Numbered from the stretch's first letter, positions 34,430 through 47,139 are shown. The stretch: 64,000 bases of DNA from Eledone cirrhosa (GCA_964016885.1 OZ024745.1:99634001-99698000), one strand, 5' to 3'. Notes: generated by a model not told the origin, from the sequence alone. Numbers and translations are program-made.

Positions 34430-34875
34430 CCCATTAGCATTTAAACTGGCCATTACTGGCCAGAATTCTCTCACCTCTTTCTGTTCAAACAGGCCGTAAC
34501 TGGTCACTAATACCGTCGTTAAGGTATTATTCTCAAAATAAATTATAGCATCATCAAAATCTTGTAGATTCGATATTATGTGAGATAGTTATGTAAGATA
34601 AAGCCTTTACTTCTAAAATACAATATTAACCCTTTAGCATTTAATCCAGTCGTATCTGGACAGAATTCTTTCACCTCTTTCTGTTCAAACTGGCTCTAAC
34701 CAGCCACTCATACTGTTAAGGTATTGTTCTCAAAATAAATAATATCGAAATCTCATAGATTCGATATTATGTGAGATAATTATGTCGAGTAAAGTCTTTA
34801 CCATGAAAATACAATAGTATATATATAGAGTAATGTAAATGCTAAAAAGTTAAGTATAATGTAAATGCTAAAGGG
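34430..34875 (+). mobile_element. MITE M1 with a second M1 (34630-34849) nested in the same orientation
   Basis: TTAA at 34426, 34626 and 34850, and TTAG at 34876; two left and two right termini. Confidence 0.88.
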
Positions 34876-35020
34876 TTAGGGTTATGTTAGAAAATATAAG
34901 ATTATTTAGATATAGCATCAGTTGAGAAAGCTCACAGTGAAAATTGAAAAAAAAAGTCAAACAAATCTTAATATTTTTGTACTCAGAAAACTACAAGAGA
35001 TTGATTTTTATATGTTTCAG

Positions 35021-35109
35021 GGCTAATTGGCTACTCATCTGAAGACAAATACCATGATCTTTTAGACCACAAAGAGAGCTACAGTTCAATGCTTGAAGGA
35101 AATATATAA
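35021..35109 (+). CDS. Candidate terminal exon (..LIGYSSEDKYHDLLDHKESYSSMLEGNI*)
   Basis: Acceptor ttttatatgtttcAG and an open phase-1 frame to TAA. A diverged duplicate at ~33831-33944 lacks the AG and has a stop. Confidence 0.3.
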
Positions 35110-35196
35110 TTTATTATCGTTATCTAAGGGATTGTTCTTTTTACAAAATAAATATGTATCATTCCAGCTTATACAGACACAGTTGTATATCATATC

Positions 35197-35550
35197 TGGT
35201 CAGTTGATAGTGAAGTCAGTTGTCGAGAACTGCAGTCAGTTGTGTTAGTTGATACTGTAGCCAATTGTGGTCAGTTGACAGTGTGGCCAGTTGTGGTCAG
35301 TTGACTGTGTGGCAAGTTGTGGCCAGTTGACAGTGTGGCCAGTTGCTACTGGTCAGTTGACAGTGTGGCCAGTTGACACTGCAGCCAGTTGTGGTCAGTT
35401 GACAGTGTGGCCAGTTGCCACTGTAGCTAGTTGACACTGGTCAGTTGACATTGTGTCCAGTTGTAGTCAGTTGACAGTTGTAGTCAGTTGACAGTTGTAG
35501 TCAGTTGACAGTTGTAGTCAGTTGACTGTATTCAGTTGTGGTCAACTTGA
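35197..35550. repeat. Degenerate minisatellite built on CAGTTG (GTCAGTTGAC / GCCAGTTG)
   Basis: More than 25 CAGTTG cores with variable short spacers; a 17-bp sub-array gtcagttgacagttgta at ~35466-35530. Confidence 0.9.
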
Positions 35551-36537
35551 AGGTCATTAACTGACTATTTGTAAAAGGATATATATATATATTTGTTGTG
35601 AGGAGCAGTAAAAGCTGACATTTGAAGCAGAGGTCTTTGAAAACCACAAAACAAAATAAATTAAAAACAAACAAACAATGACCATCACTAGTTTTTTTTT
35701 TGTTCTTGCCTAGTAACTGATATTGTTTGGTATTGTTAGAAAAGAAACAAAAATAAAATGTTATTCACAAGTCCTTAGCTTGGCATGTGAAAGGTCAGAG
35801 AATATGAACTTTACCAAATCATTCTAAATCAACTTCAACACTTATGATTTCCTAGAATTGCTGCTACTAACACTATTACTAAAATATAGAATGGCAGATT
35901 CACATTCAAATACTGAAATCTGGAATGCCTATAAAGAACACGTATGCAACCCTGGCTCACAGTGAGGACAGACACTAATGTTTATATACAATGTCTGTAC
36001 TAACTTATATAATAAGAGGAAAAATATATAAGATCTTGTGGCAGACAGACAAGAGAAGATGGTATGAGGGAAGGAAGGAAGTAAGTAGTAAATGAGATGG
36101 AAGAGAGTGTAGGGAAGAGAGAGAGAAAAAAAATGATGAAAGAGAAGAGCACTGTTAGAAAGTATTTTTAAAAAAATGAGAAAGCAAGAGGAGACCTACA
36201 TACATCCTGTGTAAATTTTATGGATATATACAAAAATAGTTTCATATTGAAAAAAAAATAAGATCACAATTGATCCACGAAACAAATGAAGAATATTCAC
36301 AAAATAAAAAGAAAGTAAGAAAAAACACAGAGAGAAGAAAAGCACTGAGGTACATGTGTATGCAAATTTACACACGCAGTATGGTTTGTTGCTTGAAGTA
36401 GCAGATGTTAGAAAATGTGTGAGACACACCCAAATATTGTCTCTTCCAGCCAATTGTGAAAGAGAAAATATGGAATGACAAAGTAGAAATTTTTTGTTTA
36501 AAAAAATAAATAAAATAGAATCAAATAAAAAAGAAAC

Positions 36538-36575
<38 letters not shown>

Positions 36576-39500
36576 ATATGTTGGCAAAGCATGAAGCCTG
36601 CACTAAAGATAATAGAAAATTCTCACCAGAGATACTAAGAGATCTTGTGAGAAAGTCTTTCATTCAGGGAAGCAACAAGTATGACTGATGAGAAAGCAAA
36701 AATAGATGGAAGGGATTTAGTAACTGAAGGGAGTAGAAAGCTAAATTGTTTATGACTAACAGTACAGTAGTGGGAAAGTAATAGTTTATTATTGCTTTCA
36801 AGGTCATTTAGAACTATTCTGTAAGAAATGATTGATTGGCTATTTTGTTTTTGTTTAAATTGGCCAGCCAAACTCTTGTGAGTGAATTTGATGGCCGGAA
36901 ACCTGAAGGAAACTCATTTTGTGTGAGAGTGTGTGTGTATGTAGGGAGAGAGAGAGAGAGTAACGGTGGTAGTCACCACAAATGCCATATTGACACTGTT
37001 TATAAAACCTGCAGTGACAGTTGTTTATGTCCCCCATAAACAACACATCTTGCAGCAGTGAGGTTCAAGAAACAGCAGTAGTATATACCATACTTGGAAT
37101 AAGGCATGAGTTAAGATCAGGAAGGACATTTGCTGTAAAAAAAAGCTGAAAAGGATTTTGTCCAACCCAAGTAAAGACAAAAAAAAAAAAAAAAAAATGA
37201 TAATTACACTCTTAAAAATTGATGCGCACTAGTTAATGCTTTTCTTTAGTGTAATAGCAATATAATTCATGTAAAATAATCACACCTAAGTATTACAATT
37301 AGATGGGATACTAGGCTTGGATTGCCAGTGGTCGATTTTCTTTATAAATTCTTAATGAATTTATTCAATGCTAATTGATTGGGTTTTTGTATAAAAAGAA
37401 AAAAATAGCACTGTTGGAATGAGCTGTTGTAAGTATTCGTTCAACAATAGTAGGACAAAAATAAAGTTAAAGATTCGAAGTTAAAGAAATCGTTTACTCT
37501 TTATGTGGTTTACTCTGAGATCAGCACTGATCCAGCAAACTATAGTGTATAGTTTTTTTTTTATATCCAATTCTGCCATGGCTAAACTTCTTATAGAAAA
37601 AATCTCCAAATGTTCATGAGTTTTTAGACTATGCCTTTCAAACAATAATCTATGTTTTTATTTCATGTAATTAAATGTATTTTCTTTTTATTAGTAACTA
37701 TAAAAGTAAGAATGTCATCTAGAAACTAGAATAACTTAAAGGTGGTGTTTTAAACACTAATAATTCGAATATTGGTGCAGATTTAAAGTAAAACTTCTAC
37801 TCTCCTTTTTAACAAACTGCCTAAAAATTGAATTCAGTATGTAATATTATTTCCCTTATTTCTATTGAACATTCTCTAAACCAATGGTTTTCTTTATACT
37901 GTGAACAACACAAATGCTGCTGTAGGTCCACAATGTGTTTGAACTCCTCCCATTGTCATGCTGCCATAGGCATTTCACTTTGAAAAATAGCATTAAATGT
38001 AGTTTGGATGGAGCTAATTTCCCCATCACAACTGACGCTGGCAGGGTTAGACTTCAGAGATGGCAAATAAATAGATAGCATCACAATTTTTCTGTTTCCA
38101 CGTATTAAGTTTCTAATCTGGAATGCAGCCTGCAACAACCTAAAGAAGTCCACATCAGACTAGACTTTGTTGCCTGATACACTCAAGAACACTAGCAGAC
38201 AAAATACTAGCTGCTTTCTGATAAGTTTCCTTTGAAACATATGGTGGTAGAAACATCTGATATCCCTCTCTACTCAGTCCAATTAGAATGGAGATAGCCA
38301 TCCACAAGAATGAGCCTCATGAGCTGGACTGGTTCTGTCAGGGTATCTCCTTCACCATCCTATGGATTAATATATTTGCTATTTTGTCTACAAGCATCAT
38401 AAAACATTTGCTTGGTGTGTTGTGATTTCTGTTATTCATGAAATAGCCCATATACCTGTTTGTAAATGATTATGGAATAAATAATAGAGAAACTAGAAAA
38501 AAATCATTACTGTTTGAGAGAGTAAATTAAAATTATAATGTACCTCTTCTATTAAATTTTCTCCATCTAATTCCTTACTTTGGAGAATTGATTCTTCTAC
38601 ACTCATTTTTCTTTTTTTATTTTCTCTTTGTTATAGCACCCTGCAATGAATTTGTCATTCTTAAAGTCAATATTTGTTTGGTAAACAAAGCTAATAATCA
38701 TTGACCTAGCAGATGTTTTTGTCACTGCTAAAGTTTTCATCCTTAAATATGTTACTATTTCTCAGACAAGAATTGGGGGCGGGGATACAAACCTATAGAA
38801 ACTTTTTTAATTGAAACCATTCTCTTAAATCACATCAGCCATATCGGGTATAAATGAGAATTAAACTATTTTTTTCTTTATCTTGACTTGTGCAGTGAAA
38901 GGAATAAAACCAAGTCAATCAAATTCTTTGCCTTATTCCTATTTATCTTATTTTATCAACCCTAGAGTGATGCAGAACAAAAGTAGGCCGTGACAAGATT
39001 TGAAATTAGAACACAGAAGAACCAGTCTAGATTTTACCTAAAAACAACTAGTTTAGTTATTTGCCAATGATGTCAGTTCTCTTGCTTCACATCTCTAAAA
39101 TAATAACTATTAACTTGGTTCAGTACTTGCTAGGTATTCATTTTAACAAACACAAAATGAAGAGAAAAGTTGACACCAGCAGGCTTTGAATTCAGAATGT
39201 TGAGGGATGAAACGAAATACACTAAGGAATACTATTGCATCATGTAAGAATAAGGATTTGAAACACAAGGTCTAACAGTACTTCACTGGTATTTATTTTT
39301 TTAAGCTTGTAAGGATGAAAGGTAAAGTCAGCTCTGACGGGATTTATCTCAGGATTCAACTTCAAGATTTTTTTTTTTTTTTAATAATGTATTACATGTA
39401 CACTCCCTCAGTTACATGCTACAGCAAGAGATGCAAGTGTTGCTCTCTAAAACTTTTTAAGACATGCCAAAATTGAATTTGGAAGCATCTCTGTCTCTTT

Positions 39501-39890
39501 TATCAGCAAAAATTCTGTCAACCATATATCTTATTTTCTCACACACAATTAGATTTTTTCGCAAATAAATATCTGCCAGATACATGGCATATATCTAAAT
39601 ACTGTAAATCATTTTCTTTGATGCTTTAATTATTTCTACCAATCATTACGCTTTAATATAATTTTTTACAGAGGCTCATGGCCAGAAATCTAAGGGGAGG
39701 GAACAGTAATTTATATCAATTTCAGTAATTTCTTCATATTTATTTTATCATCAACCCTTGCAGAGGGATTAAAAGTAAAGTTGGCTCCAATGAAATGTGA
39801 ACACAGAACATAAAGAGCCCTAACTAAAAACAGACATTTTGTCTGATGTTCAACTGATTCTGTCAAACTCACTGCTCTACTGTTCTTTAA

Positions 39891-40110
39891 CCATTAGCAT
39901 TTACATGGCTCTATATTTACTATCATATTTTCACTGTAAAGGCATTACCTCACATAATTATCTCACATAATATTGAATCTATGAGATTTTGATGTAATTT
40001 ATTTTGAGAACAATACCTTAACATCAGTATGAGCAGCTGGTTTCAGCCAGTTTGAACAGAAAGGGGTGAGAGAATTCTGGCTGGATACAGCTGGTTTAAA
40101 CGCTAAAAGG
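39891..40110 (-). mobile_element. MITE family M1
   Basis: TTAA|CCATTAGCATTTAC...AAACGCTAAAAGG|TTAA. Confidence 0.88.
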
Positions 40111-40456
40111 TTAATATAATACTACTTATTAAATTCAACATCTGGTAAAAGATGTAGTCCACCTTATGATCAGTAGTACTTAACTAGTATTGCTTATTAC
40201 CCCTGAATAGTTGAAATGAAAATCTTGATATCACTCAGAAAATAAAGTGAATAATTAATTAGACCACAAATTAATTTGACTGATGCTCTACCACTTATAT
40301 CATTTACCACCCTTTCAACAACAACAACAACAGCAACAATACTAACAACTGAACCATAACATATGTGTGCTCAATATCTGGCAAAGTAAGCAATGGTAAA
40401 CAAAACCCCAGTATAACCACCAGTACTTCTACTGTGCAAATTGCAGAATAACGATA

Positions 40457-41062
40457 ATTATAATTGTTTCTACTTTTGGCACAAGGCCAGCAATTACCCC
40501 ACTGCTTTATCTTATCAACCCCGTAAGGATGAAAGACAAAGTTAACCGCGGCGGGATTTGAACTCAGATCGTAAAGAGCATTAACTCTATGCTGCAAAGC
40601 ATGGCGTCTGACCCTCTACCTATACTGCCAATAACAATAATAATAATTGTTTCTACTTTAGGCACAAGGCCAGCAATTATCCAGTGCATTACTGGTACTT
40701 TATTTTATCGACCCCGTAAGGATGAAAGGCAAAGTCAACCTCGGCGGGATTTGAACTCAGATCGTAAAGGGACGTAACTATGCTGGAAAGCATGGCGTCC
40801 GACCCTCTACCGATACTGCCAATCCACCGCCCTATTATAAATAACAATAATAATAATGATTTCTGATTTAGGCACAAGGCCAGCAATTTTAGGGAAGGAG
40901 AAAGTCGATTAAATCGACCCCAGTGCATGACCGGTACTTTATTTTATTGACCCCGTAAGGATGAAAGGCAAAGTTAACCTTGGTGGGATTTGAACTCAGA
41001 TCATAACGGGGCATTACCCTATACCATAAAGCATATTGTCCAATGCTCTACCGATACTGCCA
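40457..41062 (-). mobile_element. Cluster of three tandem SINE family B copies (40457-40630, 40643-40833, 40858-41062)
   Basis: Each is the reverse complement of the family B consensus; copies are separated by (AAT)n. Confidence 0.9.
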
Positions 41063-41089
41063 ATAATAATAATAATAATGATAATAATG

Positions 41090-41122
<33 letters not shown>

Positions 41123-41123
<1 letters not shown>

Positions 41124-41390
41124 TTTCTTTATTAACCACAAGGGTTTACATAAAGTAGACATTAAGGACAGTGCAGGACAATGCAGGACGGTACAAATGG
41201 GCATTTCTGCGTGTAAAAAAACAAAAACAGAGGATGTAACAAAAATAACAATGAAAATAACAATGAAAAATTCCCCAATAGGGGGGAGACTTCGGAGGGA
41301 CATTTGTGGAGAAAGCCCAGTAAAAAGCCACAATGACCCTGACCACCAAGGCAAGTGCCCTCTCCCAGTTTTCCACCTTTAGTTTACAGA
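41123..41390 (-). mobile_element. Probable 3' UTR fragment of a non-LTR element inserted into (AAT)n
   Basis: Unique, GC-richer block flanked by (AAT)n on both sides. The minus strand ends cccttgtggttAATAAGaaat followed by (ATT)n. Confidence 0.45.
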
Positions 41391-41424
<34 letters not shown>

Positions 41425-42097
41425 GTGATGACAAATTGAAAACAATAAACTGAATAAAAGATATTTTCCCTCAGAAATATACAATGGAAAATTATATAGT
41501 TTTAAACACTTCAGTTCTCCACTTGATAGATGTTTATCTTGAAATTGAACAGTTACTTTTTAAAACAAAGGGTTTCTATGTTAATTCAAATAAAACCCAA
41601 AGCAAGGAAGAAGAGAATGTTAATAGAGAATGAAATTAAATAAAAGAAAAACAAATTCTTCAGTAAATGTAAGTTGTGTGTCTTTCTCTCAGTAATTTAC
41701 AATTGAGACATTTGAATGTATTTCAACTTGTTTTTGTGTTTCGCTCCTTATCTACATGAAATCTAACTCCACCTCATTGGGACTATATTTTAAGTTTTCT
41801 TTGTAGCATTAAGACACTTTTATATACCATGATGTGAGAGACACCAAGACCTTCAGAAAAATAAGACCTTTGTTGTTTTGCATTTCTTTTTTTGCATGTT
41901 TCTTTTTTTTATTTTTATATTGTTCATATACACTCAGGGTGTATATGAACCAAATTTAAAAGTGGATAAAAAATAGATTTTAGATCAAGACTTCATCTTA
42001 TGAACAACAAAGTTAAGAAATGTCATAGAATATGTAATAGTACAGAATATATAACAGGCAAGCATGGAAAATGAATGTTAAACAGTGATGATGATGA

Positions 42098-42284
42098 TAA
42101 TTGTTTCTACTTTTGGCACAAGGCCAGCAATTACCCAGTGCATAACTGGTACTTTATTTTATCGACCCCTTAAGGATGAAAGGCAAAGTTAACCTCGGCG
42201 GGATTTGAACTCAGAATGGCAAGGACCGTAACTCTATACTATAAAGCATGGCGTCCGACCCTCTACCGATACTGCCAATCCACC
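42098..42284 (-). mobile_element. SINE family B with 19-bp TSD
   Basis: CAGTGATGATGATGATAAT at 42083 and 42289. Confidence 0.9.
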
Positions 42285-44029
42285 ATGTCAGTGATGATGA
42301 TGATAATAGTGAGTTTATAGCAATGAACAATTAAATCTTTTTTGCCCTTCAGACAAAACAGAAAATTATGACACTTATTAGCAAACCTCTGTAGTATAAA
42401 TGTTTATACCCTTGAAACAAATCTTTAGCTACAAAAATATGCTCCTGCATGATGAGAAACAGCTTAAAACCTCTAAAACAACTAAGACACTATCACACAA
42501 TCTGTTGAAACAAATTCATAAATGATAATACCACATATGTTCTAGAAGAAATTTATATTAATACCAAGTAAAGTAGAGCTAAGTGACTTGCTTATAAATC
42601 TTAGAAACCATATACTTGGGCTTGTAGACCAATATTGTGTCCAACTGCATATTATAATAGAGAAATTGATTTGAAAGAAGATTGCTTTCTGATAGGGAAA
42701 TATGTATATTTTAAAAGTTGATTCCTTGCCTCAGAAAACAGGGAATAGGTACATTGAACAAAGAGTTTATAGGCCAGAAGATGTGAGTGAAATATATTTT
42801 ATATCATTCAGCAGTGTATGGTATCACCAACCTCTGGAAATATAAAATGTGAAGCAAATGTTTTGATTAAAAGTCTGATGCCATCAAGGGTTTCTTTGGT
42901 AAAAAACAAAACAAAAATAAATAAATAACAACATAGGAATAACCTATTCATGAATCAAGGTTGACCAGAAGTAAAGATAACATAACCGAGGTATTTTAAG
43001 GTGGTCATTTGAAAAAATTCAAAGTGGCAGCCAAGTGTCTACATAAATTCTAGTATTAGGATTCTCCATATTTTGAAGATTCCAAAAATGCATAGTGTTA
43101 CTAATCTCCAAAATTCTGAATGAAAAACCATAGTGGATTTGACACATTTAGAAAATCATATTTAATACTAAAACTGTAATCCATCCATATCTCTTTCTCT
43201 CTCTCTTATTATCCCAACACTGTCTAACACACCAGGCACAAAACTAAGCACATTTCTAAGTCATATCACTCCTATAATTGCACTCTCTGGAATTGCCTTC
43301 CTATCCATGTTTTTTTTTTTTCCAATGGGCATCAACTTATAGAAATTTAAACCAAACATCTACAATGAGTTCACCACTGTGCAAATAAAACTTTCTAATT
43401 GGTATGAAATCTTTAAATATTAAAAACAAAATACACACACCAGAAAAACAATAACAAAAAAAAAATGCCCAAAACAGAACATTAGAAAGTTTCAGTCAGT
43501 ATTAAGTAGATGTTAAATAAAGTCATTTAAATATAATTTAGATTTAAAAAAAATCAAAGCTTTATTTACTACAATATATCTACTTTGTCTCATAAAATCT
43601 AAACTTTCAGAGACCAAAACACATAAACACTTCAATTCTAAACAATTTAAATAGTATTATAGAGTAATACAAACTACTTGCTGCTGATATAGTGAAGAGT
43701 CAACTGAACAGAACAGATAAGCAACAAATTTTTCACAAATTGTAAACAAACATTATCTTATCAAATTTTATTACAGAGATAAAGGAATTAAAGTTGTTAA
43801 TGGTTGAGAAAATGAAATGGTTATCAACAAAGGAATCCAAGAAGCCCCCCCACCCCCCACCCAATGGATTAACAGCTGTATTAATCCACATTATGTAATA
43901 AATATATCAATGTAATTATTTATTATAATCCAAGAATTCAATGAATGAAGGATATGAAATAGCACTAGCAAAATAATGATTTTTACATTGACAAAAGCCA
44001 ACAAATTTACTGGAGAGGCATATGTATGG

Positions 44030-44455
44030 TCAGTGAATCAACCCCTAAAGTATGTTTGATACATGCTTTATCAAGACTGGAGGGATCAATGGCAAAGTTG
44101 AACCTATGCTCTGTTGGATGTGCAATGTGTGAACGACCAAGCATAGACGAGTTGAGAGAGAAACTGTATAAGGGGGATAGGCTGTAGTGTGTGGAAGAGA
44201 AGTATGGACATGTGATGCGCGTGGAGGATGACCGCTGGGTAAAGAAATGCCAAGAAATCCCAGTGGAAGGAAGATGCAGTCGAGGAAGACCATGAAAAAC
44301 ATGGGCGGAGGTGGTGAGAGCAGACTTCAGATCACTGAAGCTCACGGAGGAGATGACAATGGACCGTGACAAGTGGAGAGATGCTGTGCTGAATAGGACC
44401 CATCCTACCCTTGTAAGCAGGGAAAAGCGGATGAATGATGATAATGATGATGAAT
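44030..44455 (+). pseudogene. RTE-clade LINE 3' fragment (putative partner of SINE A)
   Basis: Translates ..[81 protein letters not shown], then the same 3' tail as SINE A. Confidence 0.9.
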
Positions 44456-45564
44456 GTAAAAGAACAAAGCTAAATCTCATTTGGTGTCTAGTACATGAAA
44501 TTTTTCTAGTGTTGGTTCTACAATAAAATTCCCCCAGCTCACTCTAAAGTGGTAATGTTGGTGCCATGATAAAATACACCCAGTACACTCTGTAAAGTAG
44601 TTGGTGTTAGAAAGAGCAGCCAGCCCTAGAAACCATGCCAAAATATAAAATGTATGAGTAAGGCATTGACCATTCTAGTCTCAGATAGTGATGATGACAT
44701 ATCCAGCCAATGAAAAACAGACGTAAGATAATGATGATGATTAGTTTGATATTCTATTAACTTGTTTTATGGAGAACATACAATTCAAAATGTTTTTGTT
44801 GAAATTTATAGGAAATACTATATTCATTTGAATACTTTTTATCACTTCTGCACATTACATAAATCTTTTAATCATGAAAGTTTCATGATAGTACGAAATT
44901 TTGAACAGCATTCTGACTTTTTACCATTTATTACAGTTCAGCTAGGGGGATTTATTTTACTTCACTTGAACTTTACTCACCAAACCATACTAGATCTTTC
45001 AGTATTGAAACAAATTTTTATAGTGAACAATATATGATACATCACTGTATTTAGAGTTTAGTTGAGAACATAAGAGATTAAAACAGTAGAAATTGGAGGA
45101 AATTAAGCATCTTGAAAATTGTGAACAACTTGGTAATTATATCTATCAAAAGCATTAAAAATAATAATTTTGAAACTTTTACGTTGTTAGTAAACATTGT
45201 GAAATGTGAAGCCATATTTTTGTCATGACAAGCTGCATGAAATTGACTTAACTAAGAATAATCTTTATATTACATCTGTCAACATATAAATCACTTGGAT
45301 GAATGAATATTGTGTATTATAGTTGACAATGTTTAGATGATATCTTTTCTTTTTAGTTTTTAGAAAGCTGTTAAGCAGATTACTAAAATAGGGTCAATGC
45401 CAACAAGATGTTTATTAAATAGTTTACAGCTTTGTCATTAGATATCTATTTTTCAATACTGTTTTCTTTTAGAACTTCAGGAACAAAGAATGGCCAGGGT
45501 TCTGCATTATTGTTATTTAGCCTAAGGTTATATATGAGAGAGATAGGGAGAGAATTAAGACTAA

Positions 45565-45783
45565 CTCTTTAGCATTTAAACTGGCAGTATCCAGCCAGAA
45601 TTCATTCACCTTTTTTTGTTCAAACCAGCTGCAACTGGCCACTCATACTGATTTTAAGGGATGGTTCTCAAAATGAATAATATCAAAATCTCAGATTCAA
45701 TATTATGTGAGATAATTATGTGAGGTAAAGCCTTTACCATGAAAATATAATAGTATATATAAAGTAATACAAATATTAAAGTG
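45565..45783 (+). mobile_element. MITE family M1 (diverged termini)
   Basis: CTAA|CTCTTTAGCATTTAAACTGG...AAATATTAAAGTG|TTAA. Confidence 0.8.
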
Positions 45784-46148
45784 TTAAATAAACAGTTATT
45801 ATTTAGCTCCAGGTTAACTTTAATGAAACTGACCTATGACCAAAGACATTCCAAACATGACTATCCCACTTTTTCTGGCATAATGTACCTTGGACTACAT
45901 CAGCAAATATGTCCTTGAGTAGTTAGTAACTCTAATTGAGCAAACCTATGATTACAAGTATTCTAGCCATGACCCTCCATCTTTTTCTTTTCTTTTTTTC
46001 AGACTGTTTCTACAACTACAGAACACCAGTTTAATGTACTTGTATCATCTTTATTAAAATGCAATTGACAGTTTGACACTTTCACAAAAAAGCACGTTTG
46101 AAAAAGTAACAAAATATCCAGTGAATACATTACATAGACACATTTCAG

Positions 46149-46213
46149 AATACTTTGTTTGAAAGTGTAGATGACACCAACCTTAGCACCAGCTCAATTG
46201 ACACAAGATTTTG
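46149..46213 (+). CDS. Candidate internal exon (NTLFESVDDTNLSTSSIDTRF..)
   Basis: Acceptor catttcAG and donor TTG|GTAAGT. The open phase-0 frame is phase-compatible with 31832-31910. Confidence 0.3.
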
Positions 46214-46354
46214 GTAAGTATTTAGAGACTTGCATTTTAAATAGCATAAGTTGGATGTAAAAGAAATTTTAGAATTATCAATTACAAATGTGAAGTCAAA
46301 TTTCAACTTAATACAAATCTATTTCTCATTGATTGTCACAAGATATCTATCATC

Positions 46355-46676
46355 TAGAGGAATACGAATCATACACGGTTGCCCCTTATCTCCCTTTGGT
46401 CTGAAACTCTTCTTTGCTAGACGCGATAGCTCTTTCGTCACTTTGCAAATGGCTTACTCATGGACACAGATGTACCAAGAACTTCTTTTGTCATTGCTTC
46501 AGAAATAAGGTCTTAAGAAAAGCAAAGAATGTTCAAGACTCATTTATGACAAAAGAAGTACACCCCACTTCCTGCAAATCAACATGAGTTAGCCATTTGC
46601 AAAGTGACGTCTAGCGAAGAAGAGTTCCACAACAAAGGGAGATAAGGGGCGAGCATGTACGTGTTGTATTCCTCTA
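46355..46676. mobile_element. Fold-back MITE with long imperfect terminal inverted repeats
   Basis: TAGAGGAATAC...GTATTCCTCTA termini. Internal complementary pairs: gccccttatctccctttg/caaagggagataaggggc, cgtcactttgcaaatggct/agccatttgcaaagtgacg and acttcttttgtcat/atgacaaaagaagt. Confidence 0.85.
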
Positions 46677-46717
46677 TTATTTACAAAGAAATGCCTCTAA
46701 TACACACTCTGTGTGTT

Positions 46718-46790
<73 letters not shown>
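46718..46790. repeat. (GA)n microsatellite
   Basis: Direct reading. Confidence 0.95.
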
Positions 46791-46794
<4 letters not shown>

Positions 46795-47139
46795 ACAACA
46801 AGACATCCTATTATGGCAGAATTTCAGGAAAAAAGTGATTAGTAAATATTTAGCTAAGCAGAGTGAATATTTTAATAAACAACTTGAATTTATTAGAATG
46901 TGAATGTATAAAGGCTGATAACATTACATCGTTACATATACTGTTGGATATTGACTAAGTTTTATTCACTAGTTTAAACATTATCTGATTTTACTAACAT
47001 TAACTGAACTACAGTAATACAAGAATTGTATCTAGATTCCATTTTAATTAATCATTATTACCATTTTGAGAATAGAAATAGTAGTGAACCTAAATCTCTT
47101 TATCATTAAAGTAAATGGGTGTATTATTATTAAAGAGTT

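Noticed and set aside
36541-36572. Poly-Ile/poly-Asn ORFs (also 40990-41484)
   Set aside because: (AAT)n microsatellite translations.
36686-36700. CTGATGAGAAA (and CTGAAGAGAAA at ~59391)
   Set aside because: No linker between the core halves and no helix I or III; chance match.
37950-38460. Possible coding region (higher GC, unique)
   Set aside because: Stops interrupt the frames I could read and I recognise no motif; cannot be supported without a homology search.
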